A stretch of 64,000 nt of DNA from Acidobacteriota bacterium (lineage in GTDB: Bacteria > Acidobacteriota > UBA890 > WLXD01): the NCBI GenBank assembly GCA_963666055.2, contig CAXWPH010000006.1, positions 373,827 to 437,826 on the forward strand, written 5' to 3'. Position numbers and translations under genes: made by a program. Shown one piece after another: positions 11,592-21,133 of this stretch. Positions within the stretch are counted from its first letter, which is position 1. The number at the start of each line of letters is the position of its first letter. Under the pieces are notes generated by a model that was not told where the DNA came from, did no database searches, and saw only the letters and a list, made by a program, of their open reading frames with translations.

Positions 11592-12733
11592 TTCGGCAGA
11601 TTCATCGGCCGATAGTAGGGCCTGTCCCCGAGCTGCTCGAACTTCGCCACCCAGTTGCTTCCGGCCTGCTCCGGCGCGAACGACCAATCCTGCCGATGGT
11701 AGTTCCAGCTATCGGGGTTGAGCTCCTGCGCGGTCTCCCAGTACTGGTTCGCCAGATCCTCTTCACCCGCCAGGTGCAGGTGCGCTGCGAGGCGGAAGTT
11801 GGCATCGGAAAGAGCCTGGGCGGAGGTTCGGGGCGTGAAACCGGCAGCGACCTCTCCGGTGCCCAACGCGTAGATGCTGTCGCTACCGTTCTCCACCCAA
11901 TCCCGCACCGCGGGAAGGTAGTCGTCGGTGCCGAAAGACAGGTCGCCAAACTCGTACAAGCGTGTGTATGCACCCTCATCCTGCCGAACGATGACCCCAT
12001 GCTCGTTGATCAGTACCGCCGTCGGAACGTTCAGCATGTCGTAGAGGGCGCTGACCGCGTGGCGTGAGTCGATCAGGGTCGTGAAGGTCGCGTTCGCGGC
12101 GTCATAGAAAGAGCCGGCGGCGGCCTCGCCACCGGTGTCCTGGGCCACGGCGACGATCTCGAAATTGTTGCCTCCAAGCTCCTCGTATACCTCCTGCCAA
12201 CCTGGCAGGTCGCGGGAGCAACCTCACCACGAGGCCCAGGTGAGCAACAGCACCTTCTTGCCGCGGAAGTCGGAAAGGCGCACGAGGGTGCCCTGGCGGT
12301 CCGGAAGCTCGAAGTCCGGCGCCACAGCGTTGTCGATCAAGCCGCTGCGCAGAATCGGCGGCTCGCTGAAGCTCCACGTGCGATGCGTGCGATCGACGAC
12401 GTAGGCCTGATCGAGCTTGCGCGCGAAGGCGGTGAGACTGAACCACCGCTGGGCATCGCGATTGACCACGATGTCGCTGTCGTCGTCCTGATTGACTGGA
12501 ATACACAGGGAGTCCAGGCACGCGCCTTCCGGTTTGAGCTCGAAACCGTTGATCCGGGTCAGATCCTCCGGCGTAACCCAGAGATCGGATGGGTCCGCAA
12601 GGGTGCTCTCGACGGTTACAACGCGGTCGATGTACAGAACGGTGATCGGTTCCGGCTCGATCCTGGCGCACGCCGGAGTGGTTGCCAACGCCGCCGTGAG
12701 AAACGCGGCTGCGGTCCGATGTCGTCGGTTCAT
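11588..12733 (-). CDS. Putative selenoprotein, TlpA/ResA-like thioredoxin fold with WASW-U-GC motif (381 aa with UGA read-through)
   Basis: ORFs 12224..12733 and 11588..12148 are in the same frame, separated by one TGA at 12226-12224. Read-through gives APDFELPDRQG...LLLTWASW*GCSRDLPGWQEVYEEL...FEIVAVAQD, a continuous redoxin fold. Confidence 0.88.
12191..12223 (-). promoter_or_regulatory. Putative bacterial SECIS element
   Basis: Minus strand after UGA: ggttgctcccgcga-CCTGCCA-GGT-TGGCAGG-ag. 7-bp stem with a G-initiated loop 21 nt after the UGA. Confidence 0.75.
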
Positions 12734-12863
12734 GGTGTCCTCTCCAGCGTTGACGTCTCCTCGGTATTCGCTTGTATATCACGCCCCGAGCAACCCGCCG
12801 GGACTCGGACGGAAGCGCGAGGTCATCGCGAGCCAGCCGCGTTGATCGTACCGCCGGCAGACC

Positions 12864-13142
12864 CTAGCAGGCCGTGGTGAAAGTGTGGTGGGTCTGGCGA
12901 CAGGGTCTTGCGAAGTGGAGGCAAGGAGAGAGGAGGAGGCGATGGGTACCCCATCGTTGACGAGCAACGACGCAGCTTACGCGCGCAACCCCCTGTCGCC
13001 CGAAGGGTTACGGCGATTTGGGGCCATTTGCGGCGTTGGCCTTCCTGGACGATGGCTAGGGCATCACCTGTGTCAGGCCGCCTTGCATCTGGCCCCAACT
13101 CGCCGTAACCAGACCCACCACACTTTCACCACGGCCTGCTAG
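12864..13142. mobile_element. Non-autonomous MITE-like element, 279 bp, with perfect 34-bp terminal inverted repeats bounded by CTAG
   Basis: ctagcaggccgtggtgaaagtgtggtgggtctgg (12864-12897) is the exact reverse complement of 13109-13142; interior forms two long hairpins; no transposase inside. Confidence 0.85.
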
Positions 13143-13153
13143 CATCTGACCTT

Positions 13154-14224
13154 ATGGCAACACCGGTACGGATCGCCCTGCTCGGCAACTCGCATGCGGA
13201 AGGCGTGCAGCTGCCCGCACTCAAGCATATCGGCGGCAACGAGGTGGTCGGGATCGCCGGCCGCGATGCCGAAAAGGCCGCGGCGAGTGCACGGCGCTGG
13301 GGGATCGGTCGCTCGACTTCCGACTGGCGTGAGCTGCTAGAGCTCGATCCCGATCTCGTGATCATCGCCACGCCGGTGCATCTGCACGCCGAGATGGTGC
13401 GCGAGGCACTGAGCACCGGTGCCGCGTTGCTGTGTGAGAAGCCCTTCACGCTCGATGTACGAGACGCGGAAGAGCTCGCTGCGCTCGCCGAGGGCCGCCT
13501 GGCCCTGATCAACTATCAGCTCCGCTGGAACCCCAACCGCCGCAAGATGCGGTCGCTGTGCCAGGACGGGTTTGTGGGCGAGGTGCTGCACGTACGCGCG
13601 GACCTGCTGCTGAACACCCCCGGATTTCAGCACCGACCGTACACTTGGTGGTCGCAGACGTCGTGTGGCGGTGGCGTGCTAGGCGCTACGGGAACGCACC
13701 TGATCGACAATGTGCAGTGGATGCTCGGTCCGATCGAGGCCGTGAGCGCGCGTCTGGAGACGTTCGTCAAGCAACGCGAGGATGCCGAGGGGGTCACGCA
13801 GCCGGTGACCTCCGATGATTTCGCCGAGCTTTGGCTGCGACTGGGGAGTGGCGCACAGGTGAGCCTGACAGCCAGCCTGGCGTTGCCCGGCGTGGCGCGC
13901 TGGTTGTTGGAGATCGCCGGCAGCGAGCGAACACTCTGCCTGGAGCGCGAACAGCACTTGACCGGCGGCCCTCACGGAGACGATTTGGCGCCAATCGTCA
14001 CAGACGTCCCCTGGCGCCCGCCGGAACACTACGGGATTCAAGGGCGCGGGCCATTCGCCGCCCTCGAGGCGCCTTTCCTCGAGGCCGTCGTCAACGCGGT
14101 GGCGAACGGAAGGACCGAGCTGGAGGAGGCAGCGACGTTTGCCGACGGCTTGAGCAACGTACGCATCCTCGCGGCGGCGCGGCAATCTGCGCGCACTGGC
14201 GGAGGCTGGATCGACTGTCGCTAG
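13154..14224 (+). CDS. Gfo/Idh/MocA family oxidoreductase
   Basis: IATPVHLH, LLCEKP, GGGVLGATGTHLID. Confidence 0.9.
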   Translation: MATPVRIALLGNSHAEGVQLPALKHIGGNEVVGIAGRDAEKAAASARRWGIGRSTSDWRELLELDPDLVIIATPVHLHAEMVREALSTGAALLCEKPFTLDVRDAEELAALAEGRLALINYQLRWNPNRRKMRSLCQDGFVGEVLHVRADLLLNTPGFQHRPYTWWSQTSCGGGVLGATGTHLIDNVQWMLGPIEAVSARLETFVKQREDAEGVTQPVTSDDFAELWLRLGSGAQVSLTASLALPGVARWLLEIAGSERTLCLEREQHLTGGPHGDDLAPIVTDVPWRPPEHYGIQGRGPFAALEAPFLEAVVNAVANGRTELEEAATFADGLSNVRILAAARQSARTGGGWIDCR

Positions 14225-14265
14225 GAGACGGACGCGACCTGCGATCTGGTCGGTGCCGCGCTAGC

Positions 14266-15201
14266 CTACGAGGTGGCTACCGGCTCCTGACTCACCGCTT
14301 CCGCACTCGGTCGAGTCGCGGCACTGTCGCGTACGATCTGCAACACGCGCTCACGCTCCTCGCCAATCAGCGGCAGGCGCGGCGCGCGAACCGTCTCCGT
14401 GCCATAGCCCATCTCGGCGCAGGTGAGCTTGATGTACTGCACCAGCTTCGGATGGCTGTCGAAGTGCAACATCGGCATGTACCACCGGTAGATTTCCAGC
14501 CCTCGCTCCCAATCCCCGGCCATCGCCGCGTCCCACATCAGGCGATTCTCGCGCGGAAACGCGTCCACCAAGCCGGAGATCCACCCGGTACAACCGAGCA
14601 TGATGCTCTCCAGCGCGACATCATCGAGGCCCGAGAAGATCGGGTAGCGGTCGCCGAGCGTGTTGAACAGGTCGGTGATTCTCCGCACGTCGCCGGAGGC
14701 TTCCTTGATGCAGACGATATTGTCGACGTCGGCGAGCTCCTGGAACATCTCCGGCGTGATGTCGACGCGATACACGGGCGGATTATTGTAGCACATGATC
14801 GGCAAGCTCATCGAGGCTGCCACGGTGCGGTAATGGTTCACCGTTTCGCGCGGGTCGGAGTTGTAGACCATGGCGGGCATGAGCATCAGCCCATCCATGC
14901 CAGCCGCCTGGGCCGCCTGGGCGGTGGTGCAGGCCCCCTGAGTGGTGTATTCGGCAACGCCGTTGAGGATCGGGACGCGATCGCCGGCGACTTCCTTGGT
15001 CGCCTTCAACACTTCGACCTTCTCGTCGAGCGACAGCGAACAGTTCTCGCCAATCGTGCCCAGCATGATGAGGCCGTGGATGCCGTCGTCGAGCAAGGCC
15101 TCCACGTGTTCTTGGGTGGCCGGGAGATTGAGCGAGAAATCGTCGTGGAACTGCGTGGGAACGGCGGGGAATACCCCTTCCCAATCAACCTTGAGTGTCA
15201 T
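14266..15201 (-). CDS. Dihydrodipicolinate synthase family protein (possibly hydroxyproline-pathway pyrroline-hydroxy-carboxylate deaminase type)
   Basis: WEGVFPAVPTQF, GTIGE, YNNP, IKEASGDVRR, KLVQYIKL. Confidence 0.85.
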   Translation of the reverse strand: MTLKVDWEGVFPAVPTQFHDDFSLNLPATQEHVEALLDDGIHGLIMLGTIGENCSLSLDEKVEVLKATKEVAGDRVPILNGVAEYTTQGACTTAQAAQAAGMDGLMLMPAMVYNSDPRETVNHYRTVAASMSLPIMCYNNPPVYRVDITPEMFQELADVDNIVCIKEASGDVRRITDLFNTLGDRYPIFSGLDDVALESIMLGCTGWISGLVDAFPRENRLMWDAAMAGDWERGLEIYRWYMPMLHFDSHPKLVQYIKLTCAEMGYGTETVRAPRLPLIGEERERVLQIVRDSAATRPSAEAVSQEPVATS

Positions 15202-15257
15202 GGCGTGCTCTCTTCTCGGGCGTAGCTGAAGCTCATACGCGTAGCGTAGTCGAAGCG

Positions 15258-16382
15258 CTATTGATCGGTTTCCGGCGGAACCTCGATGCCCAGCCTCAGC
15301 AACGGGTGAGTTTCCGGCGCGGTGATCGCGTTCAAGACCTCGAACTGCAGGTCGAAGCTGGATCGGTCCTCCCCGGTTAGGCCAAGCACTACCTGGCCGT
15401 GAGGCGGCACTCGGAAAACCGACGGGTGATTGTAAAACCGGTGTCCGGCGATGCTCCGAAGCTCGAACGCGGCGTCGGAAACATTCGACAGCGTAACGTC
15501 GACCAGCGTGCTGTCGGCCCGATACCCCACGCTCGACACAGTCAGCGAGGCCTGGATCAGCGGCATCAACACCTCTTCGCGACCGATCAGCGAGTTGTCC
15601 ATCCAGGCGACGGTGCGGTTGGCGCGGAGCGCCCTGTGCACCGATTCGGCGCTGCGTTCCTCGGCGAACACGAGCGTCACGGTGCGATGAGCGCCGTCGT
15701 GAATCGCGTAGTCCCAGTCGATCAGACCGTGGATATCCGAGACCCCGAGAATCGCCAGGTCGTGATCGAGCGCGATCTGCAGCGACTCGGCCGAGTAGAT
15801 GTACTCGTTGGCCACCTCGATACCATGCAATTGCCCAGCCGCAATCAGCCGTTGATGCATGTCGGGAAGTAGCGCGACACCGTCAGGAGCTTGCGACGTC
15901 CAGGAGGGGTGGTTCCAGAACACGAACGCGCCCTGTCGGTTGGCCGCTCGGAAAGAGTCCATCGGATCGTCGGCCAGCAACGCGTTCGCGTCGGTGATGA
16001 AGACCGCATTCACATGCCCGGGTGGCATGTCACGGGTCACTTCGGCGCCGTTGACAACGATGAGGTCGGACTGCGCGGTCTGAACGTACTCGGTAGCGAC
16101 AATGTACGAGCGATTCCTGTCGGGGTGTGGGATGTCTTCGGAGCGCGGCTGATACTCCAGATGCTCGGTGACCGCCAGGAGATCGAGCCCGTCTCGATCC
16201 GATTCGTCCACTCGAATGAAGGGCCACACCAGGCCATCGGAGAACACCGAGTGCGTATGCAGGTCGACGGCGAGCGTCTGATAGCCGGGGACGTCGGGGA
16301 ACTCGATCGCCCGCTCTTGGGCGAGCGCCACCCCGCTGCTCACTGCTACGGCCACCGTGAGAAAGCCGAGCCGTTTCGTCAT
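15258..16382 (-). CDS. Secreted PHP-domain phosphoesterase (Sb-PDE-like)
   Basis: Signal peptide; DLHTHSVFSDG, VTEH, GHVNA, NHP, SDIH metal motifs. Confidence 0.85.
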   Translation of the reverse strand: MTKRLGFLTVAVAVSSGVALAQERAIEFPDVPGYQTLAVDLHTHSVFSDGLVWPFIRVDESDRDGLDLLAVTEHLEYQPRSEDIPHPDRNRSYIVATEYVQTAQSDLIVVNGAEVTRDMPPGHVNAVFITDANALLADDPMDSFRAANRQGAFVFWNHPSWTSQAPDGVALLPDMHQRLIAAGQLHGIEVANEYIYSAESLQIALDHDLAILGVSDIHGLIDWDYAIHDGAHRTVTLVFAEERSAESVHRALRANRTVAWMDNSLIGREEVLMPLIQASLTVSSVGYRADSTLVDVTLSNVSDAAFELRSIAGHRFYNHPSVFRVPPHGQVVLGLTGEDRSSFDLQFEVLNAITAPETHPLLRLGIEVPPETDQ

Positions 16383-16537
16383 CGGGTCCTCCTTCTGTCT
16401 CCAGCGGCCCTGCGGACTCTGTCTCCAACGCCGCGAAAGTCGACCTTGCCGCCCCTCATAGTGCGGAACAAGCGCCGATAGTCAAGGCGTGCGCCGCCAG
16501 CCACGACGCTCTTCCGCAGCACCGCGCCCGTGCCGTG

Positions 16538-17647
16538 CTAGTTGCTGCGCAACAACTTGTAGCAAAGAAGCTTGGAGAGGTTGAGGAGCAGCTTGCTCGC
16601 CGCCACCGGATCTTCAGCCATGAGCTCGCGCAGGGCACTCTCGCTCAGCGATAGCACACGGGTGTCGTCCTGGGCCGCGTAGACATCAGCCGACCGCGGG
16701 CTCTCGAGAAGGAACGCCATCTCGCCGACCACGTCCCCCGAGGTGCAGACCGCCACCACCTTCCCGTCCACCCGAACCTCCAGCAAACCGGTGAGCACAA
16801 CGAACAGGTTGTGCGCCACGTTGCCTTCCTTGATCAGATGGTCGCCCTGGCGACACTCGATGGTGTTGCTCTTGGACAGGCAACGCTCCTGTTCCGTGTC
16901 GTCGAGGCCATCGAAGAGATGGATCGGGTTCTGGGACAGCTCGAGAGCGTGGTCGATGTCTGACCAGTAGCGCTGCTTGTTGGTGAGAGCAGAGCTGGTC
17001 ACAGCACCCTGGTCAGCCAGCAGATCGACAAGGCAAGCGGGCACGCGCGAGTCGGTGCCGAAATCAGGCAGGATCGACACCAGGGACGATCCGATGGCTC
17101 GCATGTACTCCAGATCCTCGGGCACCAACACCAGCGGAATCAGGTATCCGGTCTCCGGGCTGTTGACGTTGGCACTCGAGTACGTGCGGAATCCCATTCC
17201 CATGTAGAGATTGAGCAGGTGCGGCTCGCAGTCGCCGAACGTCAGCTGAATCCGCTTCTCCCTGACGAGATCGAGGTAGCGCTTGAACATGCGGAATACG
17301 AGGTCGGTGCCACGCTGCTCTGGTGTCACCATGAAGCGCTCACCGACGAGCATCTGCTGGCGTGGGATCTTCTCCAGAAACGGCGCCAGGTCATACTGCT
17401 CGACGTGGCGGTCGCTGAACTCGGCGTCCCCGCCCCAGGTCAAACGCATCGTTCCGACGGTATGGCCTTCCTGATCACGGGCGTAGTAGAGGCGGCCCGC
17501 CGCATCATCGGGTTCAATCAGCAAGCGCTTGTCGTGGTCGGCGATCGAGCCGTATCGATTCATCTCTTCGACGTAGATCTCGTAGCGAAGTCGATAGACG
17601 GCTTCACGCTCGTCGTCTGTCTCAGCGCGGTGTATCTCAGGCTTCAT
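16538..17647 (-). CDS. GNAT/FeeM-like N-acyltransferase fused to C-terminal cyclic-nucleotide-binding domain
   Basis: EREAVYRLRYEIYVEE...GTMRL...RFMVTPEQRG (FeeM/LuxI-like fold); LIKEG...LFVVLTG...GEMAFL...RSADV (cNMP phosphate-binding cassette). Confidence 0.8.
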   Translation of the reverse strand: MKPEIHRAETDDEREAVYRLRYEIYVEEMNRYGSIADHDKRLLIEPDDAAGRLYYARDQEGHTVGTMRLTWGGDAEFSDRHVEQYDLAPFLEKIPRQQMLVGERFMVTPEQRGTDLVFRMFKRYLDLVREKRIQLTFGDCEPHLLNLYMGMGFRTYSSANVNSPETGYLIPLVLVPEDLEYMRAIGSSLVSILPDFGTDSRVPACLVDLLADQGAVTSSALTNKQRYWSDIDHALELSQNPIHLFDGLDDTEQERCLSKSNTIECRQGDHLIKEGNVAHNLFVVLTGLLEVRVDGKVVAVCTSGDVVGEMAFLLESPRSADVYAAQDDTRVLSLSESALRELMAEDPVAASKLLLNLSKLLCYKLLRSN

Positions 17648-17682
17648 GACATCGAGCCCTCGAGCTGCCGAGTCTGCCGACG

Positions 17683-18420
17683 TTACGGCAAGTGCTCGTG
17701 CGCCATGTCGGGGATGTTGTAGGGCACCGGGATGACCTGCTCGGCAAGGCGTAGCTTGAGCAGCTGTAAGAAGGTAACGTCGATCGGATCGAGCTCGACC
17801 AGCAGCTCACCGGGAAGCTCGCTGCGCTGAGGGACCCAGCCATCTCCCTCACGGGCCAGATCCTGTACCTGCAGGGCGACGCCGTCGCCGACTTTCACCG
17901 GCAATTGGTCGAAGTGACGCCCGCGAACCACCACCGCGCCCGAGGCGGGGGCGCTGATCGATTCGAGCTCCATACGCTCGGGCTCGACCGATACCACTCG
18001 CAAATCCGTGACCACGACTTCGAGCCGAGAGCGCGGACGATCACCGGCGGCGATCTCAGCGAGGGTGACCTTCTGCGCTGTGCGCACGATGTCCAGCCAG
18101 GCATCCCGACTGGCGCGGTGATCCAGAATCCGGTCCTCGACCACCATCCCCTCGAGCACCCAGTCCGGGTCCGCATAACGGAACCGAAAGTATAGCTGCT
18201 CGTCGCTGACATCCGCCTCCACGAGCGCCACCCCATCGGCTGACGTCGAGTCGACGACGACAGCCTCGGCACCGGGCAACCAGCCATCGATCGCCGCGCT
18301 GGCCACCAAGGGTGGAATCGGCGGGGTACTCGGGCTGCAACTCGACGCGGCCAACAACAATGCCGCCACCAGGCACGCGCGGGTCGATCGCACACCATCC
18401 GACAGCGGATCGGGGTTCAT
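17683..18420 (-). CDS. Hypothetical lipoprotein
   Basis: Lipobox-like LLAASSC; co-oriented with neighbours; no recognisable domain. Confidence 0.55.
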   Translation of the reverse strand: MNPDPLSDGVRSTRACLVAALLLAASSCSPSTPPIPPLVASAAIDGWLPGAEAVVVDSTSADGVALVEADVSDEQLYFRFRYADPDWVLEGMVVEDRILDHRASRDAWLDIVRTAQKVTLAEIAAGDRPRSRLEVVVTDLRVVSVEPERMELESISAPASGAVVVRGRHFDQLPVKVGDGVALQVQDLAREGDGWVPQRSELPGELLVELDPIDVTFLQLLKLRLAEQVIPVPYNIPDMAHEHLP

Positions 18421-18450
18421 GTCCTGCCCCCCTTGAGCGGTCATGGAGAG

Positions 18451-18488
18451 GAAAAGAGAAAACCCCCGCGGACATCGCCCGCGGGGGT
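18451..18488 (-). terminator. Rho-independent terminator
   Basis: 10-bp stem acccccgcgg/ccgcgggggt followed on the minus strand by tttctcttttc, just after the 18515 stop. Confidence 0.8.
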
Positions 18489-18514
18489 AAGTCTCGGCAA
18501 GTCTGATCGCGGGA

Positions 18515-18871
18515 CTATTTGCTGACGTGCTCGACGCTGCTGACCTTCATGACCTTGAGGCCGTCGCGCTCCATCATCGTGCCGGTGATGTTGACCTGAT
18601 GCGCCGCGTGGTTGCTCAGCGACTTGAAGGCGTCCATCTCATCGCTGTCGGGCATCAGCACGAGCACCTGGCCGTCATCCGTCAACAAGGAGGCCGGGAC
18701 CCCCATTTCCAGGCACATCTCGGTGCAACCGACCTCTTCCGGGCCGTGGGCATCGGCAGCGTAGCAGGCGGTGTCGATCACCCTGCCGGAGATAGTCTCC
18801 TGCATCGGCGCGGCGACCGCCACGGGGGCGACGATCATGACTAGCGCTAGGGCTGAAGCTACTCGCTTCAT
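18515..18871 (-). CDS. Small secreted hypothetical protein (Cys/His/Met-rich, OB-fold-like)
   Basis: Signal peptide MKRVASALAL; ISGRVIDTACY...CTEMCLEMGVP...VNITG. Confidence 0.75.
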   Translation of the reverse strand: MKRVASALALVMIVAPVAVAAPMQETISGRVIDTACYAADAHGPEEVGCTEMCLEMGVPASLLTDDGQVLVLMPDSDEMDAFKSLSNHAAHQVNITGTMMERDGLKVMKVSSVEHVSK

Positions 18872-19011
18872 AGGGAAATACTCCTCAGTCGAAGGAATCG
18901 TTGTGGATTGGAGCCATTCCCAGGCTAGCAACCCTGCGGCTGGAGCGTGTCACGCTGCACGACCACCGCGTGACGTAGCGTACAGGAGCCGGCGAGTCTT
19001 GCCACCGATGC

Positions 19012-20943
19012 TCAATGAGCATCGGGGACCGATGTAGGCTCCGCCGCAGCGCCCAAGGCGACCCAGTTGACGTAGCCGATCATCATCTCCTCGAACGTCT
19101 GCTCGCCCCAGACTACCTCTGCCGTCGGGTCGGGGTTGGCCGGATTGCCGGCGCTGTTGTCGTACCAGGCGGTGGCCCGAAGAATTGTGCCCGCAGCAAT
19201 GGGGCGCGGTGACCGAAGAACGTAGTTGAGCTGCCAGTTGAAGTCGTACCGAGGAATCGACAGCAGCTCCTCGACGTCACCGCCGGGCGAGACAAGCTCA
19301 TAGCGGAAGGCGATACCGCGTACATGCGTGTGCGGCAGCAGCGAAAGCAGCATCGCCGGTTCGTCGAAGGTGTAGTCAGCGACCACCTGGTGGCGCCCCG
19401 CTCCGGGCGGAATCGCAAAGCGCATATTGAGCGCCGAGTCAGTACGCACCTCGGTGTGGCCGTGCTCCTCGGCGAAGTACAAGCCTATCCTGGTGCGGTC
19501 GACCACCTCGCGGCCATTCGGCGTGTAATGCAGCTGCACCTTGAGCCACGCGCCAGCCGGCAACAGCTTGCCGAACCCCTGGGGAAACCGCACACCGTCC
19601 TGTCCGGGGACGTTGCTGGCGAAGTAGCCGCGCGCTCCACCCTGCTGCACGTTCTGTGCGTCGGGGTCGCCTTCAAGGGCGCGCTCACGCACCTCTGGAT
19701 CCTCGACGAAGAGCAGCACATGGTGCACCACCTCGGGAGCACCGGGAAGGATCTCCACGGCCTGCACCCAGCGATCCTCGGCGAAATTCGTCTTGATGTA
19801 CTGGTACTGGTAGTCGATGACGCCTTCCGCCGGCACCGTGAACCCCTCGGGGACCGGCAGATCCGCGTCGGGCTCACCGAGGGTCCAGCCCTCGGTCCAG
19901 CGGATGGGAATCGGTGCGTCGGCAGCATCGCCCTCCGGCGTGCCATCGGCGAGCCACTGCTTGAACGTCGTCATCTCCTCGGCACTGAGCGATGGGTCGT
20001 TGGCCCACTCCTCATGCCCCTCGGCGAACCAGGGCGGCATGAGGCCGTCCGCAAGCACCCATTCGATCATGCCCTTCCGACGTACGACGTCGCGGTACTC
20101 GACCAACGGAAAGGGACCAGCCGCGCCGGCGCGATGACAGCGCTGGCAACGCGCCTGCACGATACGGCTTACCCGGTTGTGCCAGGTGGGTGGCGGGGTC
20201 GAAGTCGCCGCCAGCGCCGCCTCATCGAACGACAGGTAGCATCCGGGCGCCAGCGTCGCGCGCACCGCCGGCAGCCTCGCCGCGGCCGTCGCTTCGAGCG
20301 CACCCCGCAGAAACTCCTGGTCGGCGGCAGGCTTCGTGTAACCGAGGCCATATTGATCGTCCACGGCTCCGCGGTACATCAGCGTGCGAGCCGCGTCGAG
20401 TACGAAGACCTCTGTCGAGGTAACCGCGCCCAGCGCGGCTGCGATGCGGCCCTTTGGATCGACGACATACTCGCCGACGAAGCCATACCACTCGATCTCT
20501 TGGTGACCCTCCTCGGGGGTGCCGTATGGCATCGGGTCGACGAAGAGAAATTCGAAGCCCGACTTGTCGAACTCCCGCTCCATGGTGGCAAGGCGGGGCC
20601 CGTACTTCTTCGAGAGCGGGCATCCCGGATCACGCATTGCGATGACCAGGCCTCGCGATCCGGTCAGCGCAGAGATCCGCGTCGTTCGGCCCGTCAGAGT
20701 CTTCAGCTCGAGGTCGGGAATCAGCTCGCCAACGCGGGCGGCTTCATTGCCCAAGACGACGGGCGCGCCACGATACTGCAACGCGTGCCCCGAATCTTCC
20801 TGCGAGGCTTGGTGCTGCCGGGCAGCCTGCGGCGCAGGCGGCGAGACGGTCGCATCCACCCACGCTGCGGGAGCGAGAAACACCCCGCCGACCAGGAGCC
20901 CACAGGTCGCAGCAAACATCCAGTACCGGCTTGTCGGTTTCAT
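19012..20943 (-). CDS. Secreted redoxin + c-type heme + copper type II (PHM/DBH-like) monooxygenase domain protein
   Basis: Redoxin part (GCPLS, YRGAVDDQY); CQRCH + MPPW; Cu-ligand motifs VVHH, QLHY, PHTH, EEM; YDFNWQ. Confidence 0.82.
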   Translation of the reverse strand: MKPTSRYWMFAATCGLLVGGVFLAPAAWVDATVSPPAPQAARQHQASQEDSGHALQYRGAPVVLGNEAARVGELIPDLELKTLTGRTTRISALTGSRGLVIAMRDPGCPLSKKYGPRLATMEREFDKSGFEFLFVDPMPYGTPEEGHQEIEWYGFVGEYVVDPKGRIAAALGAVTSTEVFVLDAARTLMYRGAVDDQYGLGYTKPAADQEFLRGALEATAAARLPAVRATLAPGCYLSFDEAALAATSTPPPTWHNRVSRIVQARCQRCHRAGAAGPFPLVEYRDVVRRKGMIEWVLADGLMPPWFAEGHEEWANDPSLSAEEMTTFKQWLADGTPEGDAADAPIPIRWTEGWTLGEPDADLPVPEGFTVPAEGVIDYQYQYIKTNFAEDRWVQAVEILPGAPEVVHHVLLFVEDPEVRERALEGDPDAQNVQQGGARGYFASNVPGQDGVRFPQGFGKLLPAGAWLKVQLHYTPNGREVVDRTRIGLYFAEEHGHTEVRTDSALNMRFAIPPGAGRHQVVADYTFDEPAMLLSLLPHTHVRGIAFRYELVSPGGDVEELLSIPRYDFNWQLNYVLRSPRPIAAGTILRATAWYDNSAGNPANPDPTAEVVWGEQTFEEMMIGYVNWVALGAAAEPTSVPDAH

Positions 20944-21133
20944 TCGTTTCTGTCCAGTCGAGCGGCCGAACCTACGCGGCGCGGAGAGCATCGACGAATA
21001 GTACGTTGCTGGACATCCCGGGGCCACATGCGCCTTCCGCGACGCTGCCGCAGCGCGTCATTGGGCTATCGGACGAGAGACAGCGCCGGCGATTCAACTG
21101 CGCCAGGTAACCAGGCTCGCCCACGTCCTGCTA

